NCBI GenBank assembly: GCA_951406725.2
Contig: OX597817.1
Location: forward strand, 117,366,001 to 117,430,000
Direction: 5' to 3'
DNA: 64,000 nucleotides
From: Octopus vulgaris
Lineage: Eukaryota
Part shown: positions 27,324-39,812 of the stretch, one piece after another
Position numbering within the stretch: the first letter of the stretch is position 1
Layout: every line of letters starts with the position of its first letter
Translations under genes and position numbers: made by a program
The notes under the pieces: model-generated
Seen by the model: the letters and a program-made list of their open reading frames with translations, nothing else
Database searches by the model: none
Told to the model about the DNA's origin: nothing

Positions 27324-27986
27324 ATACTTATATATCTTCTTTCCTTTTCTTCTTTTTCCTTTTCTCTTTTTCTTTTTTCTTTCCCTTCCTTTCTTTCGTT
27401 TTTTCTCTCCCTATTCGTTACTTGTATAGAGCCCTGTAACTTTACAACCCCCTCCCCCTCCCTTACTTATGTCTTTAACTTTATGTTGTAAATAAGAATG
27501 CCCCTTCCCCGTCCATGAATTTAGCTTGTTGTCTATATGGATACAGGGATTTTGCATGCGAGCTATATTGCGTATACATATGTGTACATGCATTTGTGTG
27601 TATATTTTCGTTTTGTATTTATATGTCTGTATATGTATGTGGGCTATGCACATCTATCTGTGTATGTTGATGTATATACGTATAGTTTAGTATGAGTATG
27701 TACTGTTGTGAAATATTTTAATGCATTTTAATATTTTAATTTCAATTTCCATGTATTAATTATATTTTCTTTATTAACGACAATATGTATTTTAACCAAA
27801 GATTCGATGTAAGGTTTTTTCCTCGACTTTTATAATTTTTTAATATATTTTTTATATTTTATATTGAGCTCATTTTTGTTTATCGCTCGAATATGACCGT
27901 TATTTGAAAGGACCAATCAAACAAATCCATTTTTAAAGGTGTAGTGTCTATACTAGTCTTGATAGAATTGGCATATCAGTTCTATT

Positions 27987-28044
27987 TTAACAAAAACTGT
28001 CCGACGAACGGGAACGTGAAACTCCAAGTAACAGGTTTTGTTGA
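27987..28044 (+). ncRNA. Minimal type-I hammerhead ribozyme (U4C core variant) near the 3' end of a (TA)n-flanked insert (~27330-28138)
   Basis: aacaaaaactgt-CCGACGA-acg-ggaa-cgt-GAAAC-tccaa-GTA-acaggttttgtt. Stem I is 12 bp with one mismatch. Confidence 0.75.
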
Positions 28045-28136
28045 ATTCCTGCTGCTTTTAAATAAAGCATATTACTCTACCCCTGGTATTTGAGTACTCT
28101 TTTTTCCACCTTGTTTCACATTCATGTGTTTACTCC

Positions 28137-28184
<48 letters not shown>

Positions 28185-28544
28185 AACGATGGAATTTTTT
28201 TCAGTTTTGACCTACCAAATCCACTAACAAGGTTTACTTTCGTCTGGGGCATTGTTGAAGTCACTTGTCCAAGGTAATGTACTGTGGGATTGAACCCAAG
28301 GCAGCATGAGTGGGAAACAAACTTCATATCCACTGCCCTGCCCTCACCTGTAAGTCAACTTTTACTGAACAATTTATCAGCTTCACACAATTTCCGTCTG
28401 AAGTCCAATTGGTTGTAGAAACTTATGCTAATCTAATTAAAAAATCTTAACTTATCAGTACGGATTGGGCTTCTCATATAATGATGTGATTAATACAGTT
28501 AGATTATTCATCTGAGGAAGACTGCACCCTTAATATAAAATAAA

Positions 28545-28797
28545 TTAAATGCACCTTTTAAAGCCTAGCCAGGCTCATGGGCCCAGTTTCCCGGTTTCTA
28601 TGGCGTACATGTTTCTCAGCTGGATGGGACACCAGTCCATCACAGCATTACTCATTTTTGTCAGCTGAGTGGACTGGAGCAACATGAAATAAAGTGTTTT
28701 GCTCAAGAACACAATGCGTCGACTGGTCCAGGAATTGAAACCACAAACTTACGATCATGATGCTGACACCCTAATCACTAAGCTACATGCCTCCACA
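28545..28797 (-). mobile_element. tRNA-derived SINE (family E); partial copies at ~42960-43065 and ~59500-59675
   Basis: Minus strand has an A box (tagcttagtgattagg), a B box (gtttcaattcc), a core (ttcttgagcaaaacacttt...ccagtccactcagctg) and a tail (gaaaccgggaaac). Confidence 0.8.
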
Positions 28798-30240
28798 TTA
28801 TAATAATATAAATAAAAGAAATTAAAATCAAAAGTTTGAATTAAATAATGTTAAACCTCATGATTTATAATTTGCAATAAGTGTTTTAGTTTGCTTGTAA
28901 TTAGCCTCATTAAATTCATAAGATTACTAATCATCAATTCTCATAAGGCTTCCTAATGAATTTACTAATGAAATTGAAGTGACAAGGATTTGAAACTAAA
29001 CTGCAATCTCAGCATAAAAGAAACTTCCTACAAAGAATATTTGATAGAACAGATAGTGGCTTAAACACAAACCCTAAAGACATCTAATGATAAAGATTTT
29101 GTGCTATGATTTAATCTTCTCTCATATCTTCTTTCCATTTTTGATTCGGTGTGAACTGTTGGCAACTCAACTACCTCAAGCCTCTCTTTCTTAGTAAACT
29201 TAAATAGCAGTGTCAAGCTATTTAAATGAAATTAAAAAATTTTAAAAGAGCTGTTGACCTGTCATCTAAATGACAGTATCAAATTTATTCCTATGATTGT
29301 GTCTTCATCTAAAACGAACTATCAAGTGATAATGTTAAAAAATATCATGATGCATTTATAATTTTTTATTTAAATCTCATATCTTAAATGAGTTATTTAA
29401 ACTTCTCTATCTCTGCCCTTTAGAATAGAATTATTTTCAATGATATTTGTTTACTTTACATTGTATGAATAAAAAATATTTCTTTTAGCAATATTTTCTT
29501 CTAAATTTGATAAAGAAAGAATATATATATATATATATATATATATTTGAAAATAATTTTTGGAAAGTCATTTTATTTTCAGGTATTCAATTGGAGATAT
29601 TTCTGGTCTATTGTGCATAACTTGATAAACTATCATGTTGTTAGCTGCTGCTAGTTGGAAGATTGCTTCAATGCCAAAAGAAACGACAGCTACAACAGAT
29701 TCTTATTGCTAACAGGACAAGAAGATGATATATCATTATCCGACTCAATACTCATTTCTTTATAAGAAAAGCACAGTCATTATAATGTTTCCATCAGCAT
29801 AAGGCTTTATGCAAATTAAATAACAATATGAAAGTTTGCATTGACTACATTTGTGTTGTATTTAAAATTCAAGTCTTCCAAATTTGCATAAATCTAATGT
29901 ACTTGACATTTAAATTATCAAAAATATTCACATTATCAGAGACAGACAAACAAACATACACATGCACAAAGATACACAAATACATACATATAAATATTAT
30001 AGTATATGTGTATGTGTATGTATGTATGCATATAACTACATATTCATACACATATACACATATATATGCACAGGCATGGCTGAGTGGTTAAGAAGGTTGC
30101 TTTGCTAACATACAGTTTCAGTTTCAATCCCATTGCATAAAAACTTGGGCAAGTGTGTCTTACTGTAGCTCCAAGCCAACTGAACTCCTGTAAATAGATT
30201 TGGCTCACAGAAATTGAAAGGCTAACAACAAATGTATATA

Positions 30241-30282
<42 letters not shown>

Positions 30283-30396
30283 TGAGATCATGTATGTGTG
30301 AGGGTAGAATGTTCATGTCTCCTTGCTTCGAAATCATGTACTAAGTATAAACAAATATGACTGTTATATAAACATAGTGTTGATTATTTGTGATCA

Positions 30397-30622
30397 TAAC
30401 CCTTTACCATTTAAGCCAGCCATATCTGACCAAAATATTCTGCCTCTTTAATGTTCAGACTGACCATATGCAACATCTCTCCCCTACTTTACAAGGTCAT
30501 AGTAAATATCAACAATCGCATCATTGAAATCTTAAAGCCACAATATAATGCATAATTAATTCAAAGCAATTTGAATAAATAAGCATTACATTTGACAAAG
30601 TAAACTGAATGCTAAAAGGTTA
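30397..30622. mobile_element. piggyBac-like MITE; second copy at ~62015-62267 and a related element at ~14764-15012
   Basis: The TIRs read taaccctttaccatt and aatgctaaaaggtta. The interior is shared with the 62015 copy. Confidence 0.7.
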
Positions 30623-30779
30623 GATAGCGTCTGGCCATTGGTGATGTTTGTGAAACAGCAGAAATACTATCTCTCTTCAAAATAGTAAGAAAATTGATAT
30701 TTAGAACTGCCGTCTAGATAATTATGATTTAACCTGTGAAAGTATGGAAACATAGACACTAATATATATATATATATCT

Positions 30780-31810
30780 GAGAGTGAAAGGTAGATTATA
30801 GGACACATGTGTGTGAACAGTCATGTTACACAGCAGTGAAACATGGGCTGTGACTGCTGAGGACATGCATGATATTGCAAGAAATTAAGCTAATATGATC
30901 TGCTGGTTGTGTAATGTCAGCGTGCATACATGACAGAGTGGGAGTGCCATGAGAGAAAAGTTCAGACTGAATGCTAAAAGTTTAGATAGCATCTGGGCAT
31001 TGGTGATGTTTGTGAAACAGCAGAAATATTATCTCTCTTCAAAATAGTAAGAACATTGATATTTAGAACTGCCGTCAGTCTGAACATTTCTCTCATTGCC
31101 ACGTGCAATAGAGACGACTGCACTAGTACGGTCATGTGTTGTGTATGGATGAGGACAGCTGTGTGAAAATGTGCCACACTCGAGCAACAGAGGGAACCTG
31201 TGGAAAAGGTAGGCCCAGGATAACGTTGGACCTCACAGAGGTGATGATAAGCGACTAAATCCTTTATACTGTGCTTGAAAAGACCAAATGAGTCCATAAC
31301 CATGGCCTATGCCAGTGTCGCATAACCGGCTCATTTAACAATACCCTCCAATCACTGGACAATAAAATGTGCTTGAAAAGACCTATTGAGTCAAGTGAAA
31401 TCAGTGTTGTGGCCGATGCCAGTACCACCTGATTGGCTCCCATGCCAATGGCACGTAATAAGCACCATTCGAATGTGGTCACTGCCAGTGCCACCTGATT
31501 GACTCATGTGCCAGTGGCATGTAGAAAGCACCATTCAAGCGAGGTCATTGCCAGTGCCGCCTAACCTGCTCCCATGCCAGTGGCATGTAAAAAGCACCAT
31601 TTATGCATAGTCGTTGCCAGTAACACTTGACTAGCACATAAAAAGCACCTACTACACTCTCGGAGTGGTTGGTGTTAGGAAGGGCATCAAGCTGTAGAAA
31701 CCTTGCCCGATCAGATTGGAGCCTGGTACAATCTCTGGCTTGCCAGTCCTCGGGAAAACTGTCTAGCCTATGTCAGCATGGAAAGCAGATGTTAAACAAT
31801 GATGATGATT
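30780..31810 (+). mobile_element. 5'-truncated decayed RTE-clade LINE with a tandem-repeat 3' UTR and (GAT)n tail
   Basis: RVKGRL*DTCV*TVMLHSSETWAVTAEDM...RLH*YGHVLCMDEDSCVK...EGTCGKGRPR; homologous to 60490-61492. Confidence 0.85.
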
Positions 31811-32440
31811 ATAATGATATATAATGATATATATAATATATACAATACTTTATACATATCATCATCAAAAATTATAGCTGGCATGCATTTATATGCTTGT
31901 ACACTTGTGAACTTTGCTTTGATGTAAATTAATATTTTTCATTTTATATGTATTTGCCGATCTATAGTGTTTTGCATTGTACTGTATTATTGTTATTGTT
32001 GTTGTTGTGATTTTTTCCACATAATATGTACTGTGAACCGCGTGATGCATATATTGTTCTGCTGGTATTATTGTTATTAATAATAATAATGATAATAATA
32101 TTAGTAGCAATAGTGGCAATGGTAATAATAATGATTGTAATATTAATGGCATTTTGTAACTTAATGAACCCTTGAATTTGTATATGTGCATTTGAATATA
32201 GATATGTGTAGGTTTGTATATTGTAATATTCTAATATATTGTTTTGACCAACTGTAACCTTGAATATAGAACATATGTATGTATATTGTTGTATATTATT
32301 GTGTATATGTGTATATATATATAGAAGTATGGGTATATGCACCCATATGTATATGTATATTATATATTATGGTTATGTACCCACTCTTGTATGGGTGTAC
32401 CTCCTCTGAAATTCATATTTAGTTTAGTTTGTACTTTATA

Positions 32441-32567
32441 ATCTCTGAAGAGGCCTTGGGATATCTTTGTAAGTGTCTCATTTATAACCACATATTAACT
32501 TATCACACATGGCTAATATGAGCATATTGAGATACCCATATCTGCATTGCTGAAACAGCTGTAAGAT
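32441..32567 (+). ncRNA. Type-I hammerhead ribozyme with intact core and ~100-nt stem II domain
   Basis: atct-CTGAAGA-ggc...gct-GAAAC-agct-GTA-agat. It lies ~200 nt upstream of the (TA)n at 32770. Confidence 0.7.
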
Positions 32568-32766
32568 GTAGTTTATATCTATATTTATTTATATTCACTT
32601 ATATATATTGTACTTATTGTATCATATTACTCATTTATGTGCATTGTTTTGTTCTATACTATTATGTTTGACCTTGATGTTCATATGTAGTGGTTCAATA
32701 AATTATGTGATTGGGTATTATCTGGTAGTTGATTATTGATTAAGGTGTATTTCTTCTTATTTTGTG

Positions 32767-32806
<40 letters not shown>

Positions 32807-32835
32807 TATATATATATAGATATATATATAGATAT

Positions 32836-32872
<37 letters not shown>

Positions 32873-32873
32873 C

Positions 32874-32934
<61 letters not shown>

Positions 32935-32944
32935 TACACACACA

Positions 32945-34146
32945 CAGGGTGAATAAGATAGTTGAGGACAGATTTATGTTTATAAAAATATGTATAATAA
33001 AAGATAATAATTTTATTTAACAAAAAATGTTATGAGGATAAAAATAAACCTTCTTTTCTATAGAGTCATTCAATAAAGCCTCCTTCAGCTTCAACAACTG
33101 CTTCTATATGAGATCTAAATCATCTACATGCTCGAATTAAGGGTCCTGGTTTATTTTGGACATTGGTGACTATTGCAGCTTTCAAAGAATCTTTGGTGTT
33201 ATGGCATGTTCATTGACGCCTATCCCAACAATGCTCCACATGTCCAATGGATTGAGATCTGGGGAATTAGGAGGCCAAATGTTAGGGGTTATGTTATCAT
33301 GAAAATTTTCAGCCATCCATTCCTGTGTTACTAGAGCAATGTGTGATAGTGCAGAGTCTTACTGAAATACATATAGCCTTCCATTGCATACACTGTCTAT
33401 CCAGGTTTAAGAATTATTTCAAGGACCTCAACGTAGGCGGAAGAGTTAACTCTAAGGCCTTGTAGAGAGAAGTAAGGAGGCATCACATATACTTCATTGC
33501 TGACAACTCCTAAAACCATGACAGTAGCCAGAAATTTAGTATGCATAACACTTGGAACATCTGAAGAATCTGCACATGACCACCTATCATTTCTTCTGTT
33601 AACTTTTTGATCTTAGTCGAAGTTCTTCTCTTTTGAGAAAAACCAGATTTTCTGCTAAAGTTTTCAGTTTGTTAATGAGCCTTTCAGATCTGCTATAGTG
33701 ATTTTCTTTTGCTTTTTCTGACAAATTGACCTTTCCTCATCATATAAGACATATACCTGATGTCTTCATGGACAACATTTCTGACTGTTCCTAGTGATAC
33801 ACAGAGATCTTTTGCAGTTGACCTCATGGACTTTCTGGGATTGTAATCAATGGTCTGTTGAACTTGCTGGATAAATTCAGGTGTTCTGATGATTTAAGAG
33901 CATTTAGAATGCTTTTTATGCTTTGATACTGGTGATACATTTTCATCTTCAATCTCTAGCTCCTTATAAACTTTGCCGATGAAGGATCTGGCAACTTTTA
34001 AAAATCAAGATGTTTTAAAATTACTATACTCAGCCTTTATGATCACAATAACAGTATGCCTCTTCGTTTCTTGAGTAAGCTGAGGATCTGCCATTATTAT
34101 TTTGTGAAACATAGATTATATGGAGTTAGCAAAAAATGCACCTTGT
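32945..34146 (-). mobile_element. Decayed maT (DD37D-type) Tc1/mariner transposon
   Basis: Minus strand has FSKEKNFD*DQKVNRRNDR, YVFQ*DSALSH and NIWPPNSPDLNPLD. The ends read cagggtg and caccttg. Confidence 0.85.
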
Positions 34147-34196
34147 ACATATATATATATACATATATATATATATTCACACATATATATAGATAT

Positions 34197-34288
<92 letters not shown>

Positions 34289-34379
34289 AAAAAAGTCAAG
34301 ATAGAAAATGTTAAAATAATTTTATAAAAAAATTTCAGTACCGGTTTCAGTCAGAGAAAAAAAGTGGATAGACTATATA

Positions 34380-34613
34380 AAAAATTTCCTTTAAGGTGTA
34401 CATATTTTTGTAACGTTTGAAAATTAATATTAGTTCATAAAAATAGTTCATATCCTTGAAAATGTTTATTGTTTTGTGTTCCAAATTTGCATAATGCTTT
34501 CATGTATAATATATTTTATTCAGCTTTAAATTTCAGTTTATTTCCTTTGATATTATTAGAGTAATGGCAATTTAACTAAAATGTTTTAGGGGTGTACATA
34601 CTTCTGTGAGATA

Positions 34614-34617
<4 letters not shown>
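34380..34617. mobile_element. Tc1-like terminal inverted repeat fragment
   Basis: Ends ggggtgtacatacttctgtgagatactg-TA, with an internal direct repeat ggtgtacata. Confidence 0.55.
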
Positions 34618-34657
<40 letters not shown>

Positions 34658-37612
34658 ATATTCCTTTGTCTGTGTTTGTCCCCCCATCACCACTTGACAA
34701 TCAGTGTTGGTGTGTTTGCATTCCCATAATGTAGCAGTTTAGCAAAAGAATAAGTACCAGGCATAAAAATAAGAATTGGTGTCGATTCATTCGACTAAAA
34801 TTTCAAGGCGGCACCCGGCAGGGCTGCAGTCTAATGACTGAAACAAATAAAAGATGAAAAAAAATATACTCCTGTATGTATACACAAACTTGTTTATGTT
34901 TGTCTGTACTTGTTGATTAAAACTCCAGATTTTATTCTGTTGCACTACATTCTGGATCTCAGATGTTTCAGAGTTGTTTGTAGAATCCATTCAATGCAGT
35001 ATAAATAACAAACAAATGCAAAATATTCTTGCCTAAATTTGTATTATGGAGGTACATATTTAGTTACTACACACGCACATTCCCATATTGTTTAATATAT
35101 TTCAAAAGGAAGAAAACAATTTAAAACCTCCATTTTTATTATATTTAAATGAAACAAATATTTATTCTCAAACACAAATTTTAATTTCCAATATTATCAT
35201 CGGTGGTGTTAGTAAATAAGTCTAAATATGTTATTGGCATAGACATGCTTCATATTTGTTGTAGAAAATATTGATCATATAATTACGTTTTCCTTTTTCC
35301 TTTGATGCTTTCATATAATGGCGTCTGTAAATATTCATATATGCACACTTAAATACAATGTCATTATCTGATAGATTTTTTTCTTCTCTTTCTTTCAAAG
35401 ATGCCTCAATTTTATCTTTCCTCACAAAATTAAAGGCGGTTCCACTGTTCTTTAATAAAGAGTTATTGATTTTAGCATTTGATTGATTGGTTCAAAATGA
35501 AAAAGTGATTAAAATTGGTTCTATTAAAAGTGTAAATGATTTGGATTCTTTTTGCGTACTAATAAAAAAAATGCAACAACAAAAGAAAAAACACAAAAAC
35601 AAAAAATGTAAACAAAGGAAAAAAGTACACATTGACTTTAGTTTTCTTTGAATTTTGTAGGTCTTTCACTACTCTAATTCTATAAATATATTTAGGTTAA
35701 CTCTGCTACATTTCTTGTTTCAACAAAGAAACAAACCTGTTTACTTGTTTAGTCCAAATTTATAGTTGCTACTAAAGAAGTGATTCACTTATGTGATATA
35801 ATGAATTTAAAAAAAACATTGTTTCACTTAGATTATCCATATAGTCAAAACTAATTCTAGGTGCATTCAAGTCTGAAAAATACTACAAGCAGGCAAGATA
35901 ACTCCAGTAAAAATAGCTAATTGAAATTTTAGGAAATGCATACAAAAATTCAGTTATATGAATAGATCTAGTCTTTAAATCAACTGAGGAAAGAAATTAA
36001 TATATTTCAGTCTTATTGAACCTCTTCAGTAAAGCATAGTCTACCAAATTTGATAAGTCTAAAAGTGATCAATATATAGAGAAACAGAAAGAAAGAAAAG
36101 ATTTTGTTTAGAAATATCAACAATGTGTCTCAATTATATAAGACAAAGAACCTACAACTCTTTATTATAGTATACTACACATTCTCCTGTACAATTTTTC
36201 TTCAGCAGTTATATATATATATATATATGTTCAGCATGTCAACTTAATCTGGTCAACTGAATATTGCGTTTTTTTTTGTTTTTTTTGAGTTGTAATAAGA
36301 CAGAAATATATCTGAATATATCTGCTGCTTCACAAATTGGCACAAGGGTCAGATTCATTATATTCTCTGAAAATTTCAATTGTAATTTTATTTTAATTAT
36401 CTACCCTGCTAATTGCTTGCAGATGGGTTTCAAATTTAGAAAAGTTGCAAAGAGTGTATTTGTCTATTAATTGTATAATTTTATTTGATTGAAGTCTGAT
36501 ATCTCAGTTTATTACATATGTATCATTCTGTGTGTTTGAATTTTGTATGCAGAACACTCCACACTGAGATATTTTCCATTAACCATATTCTAGGCTTTGT
36601 CATCATCATCATCATCATTCTGATGTCCACTTTCCCATACTTGCATAGATTGAACAAAAGTCTACTGACAGATTTTTTCTTGCTGGGTGCCCTTCCTGTT
36701 GCCAAACTTCACCTGTTTTATAGTGAAGAAATGTTTCCCTATGACCGGAAAATTGAGAACCAAGGACACCACTTGCATGCTGGTGATATGCCTTGAGCAA
36801 GTGCCTTCAACTTCATTCCCAAGTTCACCAAAGCCTTGTGAGTGGATTTCATAGATAGAAACACAAAGAAGCCCATTCCAATTGTGTGTGCGTGTGTATG
36901 TGTGTGTGTGTATGTGTGTGTGTGTGTATTTGTAAGCTGGTGTGTTGTATTCCTCCTCCATCACTGCTTGATAATCGGTGTTTGCTTACATCCTTGTGTC
37001 TTAGAAGTTTGTCAAAAGAGACCAATAGAACAAGTATTGGGCTTACAAATAAGAACTGAGGAACAATTTATTTGGGTAAATCCTGCCAGGCAGTGCTCCA
37101 GTATGGCCATGGCTCAATGGCTGAAATGAGTAACAGATAAAAGATAAAATTGCTTGAAGAAAGTAGACAAGATGACAATATGGCTTATTGTATATATTTG
37201 AAGACACTGATGCTGCTTGCTTCCAAACCACATGATACTGGGTTCGGTCCCACTGCATGTCACCTTGAACAAGTGTCTTTTACTATAGCCTTGGGCCGAC
37301 CAAAGTCTTGTGATATGTATATATTCGTGTGTTTGTGTCTGTGTTTGTCCCCACCATCACTTGACAACCGATGTTGGTGTATTTACGTTCCCGTAACTTA
37401 GCAGTTTGGCAAAAGAGATAGATAGAATGAGTACTAGGCTTACAAAGAATAAGTCCTGGGGTCGATTTGTTTGACTAAAACCCTTTAAGGTTGTGCTCCA
37501 GCATGGCTGCGGTCAAATGACTGAAACAAGTAAAAGAATATATATGTACACTCTTGTATACAAATGTACTGTAACATAACAAGGTGACTCAAACATACAT
37601 ACATTCACTTAT

Positions 37613-37855
37613 ACACAGATTGAGTCAAAAGGTTTTTCAGATTTACACTAATAATTTTTGGTAATTTGTATCTCCATGTTATATCATTAATTTGATATAA
37701 ATTGTTGTTCAACCACTGCTGAATTGTTTATTCTTTATTTTCACGCATAATATATAAGAATTAACTGTTTATTCTTTACAGCTTCAATAAAGCCATTTTA
37801 CACTACCTGTAGAATAAAAAGGACTGAATGCTAGGGCAGTAGCAAAAAAAAAAAA

Positions 37856-37897
<42 letters not shown>

Positions 37898-38760
37898 GAA
37901 CTGTCTACAGGAACTGTAGACAAATGCAGCACAAAACTGGTTTAGACATTTCAAGGAAGGTGACAACATGAAGAGAAACCAAGGTCAGGGAGACATTCTG
38001 TTGGGAAAGATGAGGCCTTGTTTGAAATGGCCAAGCAAAAGCACTTCTATGTTCTCATTAGAAATTGATCCTTCACAAATCACCATCGATCAACACTTCC
38101 ATAAGCATGGTCTTGTGAACAGACACTGTTGTGAAGTTCTGCGTGAACTTACCAATGACCAAACTCAATGACATGTAAACAGTTAATCCTTTTGGAATTG
38201 AATTGTAGCTAGGGATGAAAAATGGATCTATATACATAATTCTAATAAGAAGTAATTAGAATGATTTCATTCCAGTCAAGCTTCGGGACCTGTTTCCAAG
38301 CAAGGGTGGTTTGAACAGTAGGTCATGTTCTGCGTGATGGAATTTTGAGGGTATGTTGCATTTTGACATTGTCCCAGATGGTGATGCTGCGAATGCTAGC
38401 CTTTATGCTCAACAATAGCAATGAGCATATGATGCTTTGAAAGGCTGGTACTTGGGATTAGTGAATCTAAGATGTACATTCCTACAGTAGGACATTACTG
38501 CAGCATACACTGCTAATGTGACTGAGTGCAAACTCAAGGAACTTGGGGGATTGCAAGTGCAGTCAAACCCTCCTACAGTGCAAACCTTGCATCATCAGAT
38601 TACCACGTTTTCTGAATCACAGTTCATTTTCTACATGAGCAGAGGTTCAATAAAATGGATAAGGTTGAATATGGATGCAAGGAGACTTTTACCTCTAAAC
38701 TAAAGAATTGTGGATTTGAGATCCTGGTCCTTGGGTGCAATCCTGTGTAAATCCATGTGG
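37613..38760 (+). mobile_element. Decayed mariner transposon (a different family from 17563)
   Basis: IVARDEKWIY (~38200), VMFCV..NFEGMLHF (~38320) and PSYSANLASSDYHVF (~38570). Confidence 0.8.
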
Positions 38761-39369
38761 GTTAAGGTCTAATATTTTAAATATCCAGAAATAAATGTGA
38801 ATGTATCAACGTTCAATAACAGAATGGTAACAGAGGTGGCTATTAAGTGGTAAAAAGAAGGAAAAATAAATGAATAGAAAGAGAGGTAGAGAGAGTAAGG
38901 GAAGAAATTAAAGTTTGGCATCAAGGATAACATGAGGTGTATAAGAATATAGTTTACAAAAATAACCAAGAAGATATATATATAAGGTTTATATGCCATG
39001 TTAGTGTTGAATTTGAAGGTTTTGTAACTAACGGGGACAGCAATTGAATATTACCTGAGGAAATACAATGGGATGCCATTATACAGATAAACCTTTGCAT
39101 AATCAAATTCTTGTATATGAAGAACTATGTTGTATGGAAACATGTGTAGTGATTAAAAATAACTGTCCAGCCACACTCCTTCTTGTTGACTCTATCTTAT
39201 TCAATTATATATTTTAAAATTAATCAAAGGACATAATGTGTATGTCTACCTCCCGGAAAAACAGACAAAACTCTTATTTGAATCACCGAAAATAACACTG
39301 ATAATAACTACAGAAATCAACCATCTGCAGACAAACAAGCCGAGACATTGTTTGGACTTGCATGGACCA

Positions 39370-39490
39370 GTTTCTAGACTGGCATTATAGCCTCACCTTC
39401 CTCAGCACACGTTACTATGATGGAAACCCCCAACCCATCACATTGAAGTTTGTACTGCGACTGACTCATTTTGTGCTGAATCATGACAGC
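39370..39490 (+). mobile_element. Possible PLE reverse transcriptase remnant
   Basis: LTFLSTRYYDGNPQPITLKFVLRLTHFVLNH resembles the PLE RT segment upstream of the YxQxxG motif. Confidence 0.35.
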
Positions 39491-39753
39491 CACCAGTGTG
39501 AAAATAATTTCAATACGGAGCAAATAATTCAGGAGGAAAATATTTGCGAAGATATTATTGACTCTGTTATTATCTAGTGTAACAATTAAAAAATGTAAAG
39601 TATACTAGCCCTCTCAATATGGCTAACCACTAAGGGTGGGTGTTACTGAAGCTTTTAGCCCCAGGAGATCATCGTCTCAAGCTGACTTTAGGCACACCTT
39701 CTGTGCTCTTATGGTATTTGCAAAGGGAGGTCATCCCTCTCTCGTAAACCTAA

Positions 39754-39812
39754 GTGATACACACGGACTGCAGTTTCTAGGTATTTGCCTGTCTTCGGCA
39801 TACGGCAATCAC
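39754..39812 (-). ncRNA. Minimal type-I hammerhead ribozyme (U4C variant) in fold-back insert 39553-39852
   Basis: Minus strand: gtgattgccgtatg-CCGAAGA-caggcaaataccta-GAAAC-tgca-GTC-cgtgtgtatcac. The palindromic loop is TGCA here and CTAG in the 12871 homologue. Confidence 0.7.

Noticed and set aside
35231-35425. Lys/Glu-rich 64-aa ORF in unique sequence
   Set aside because: No recognisable homology or splice context; the composition is explained by AT-richness.
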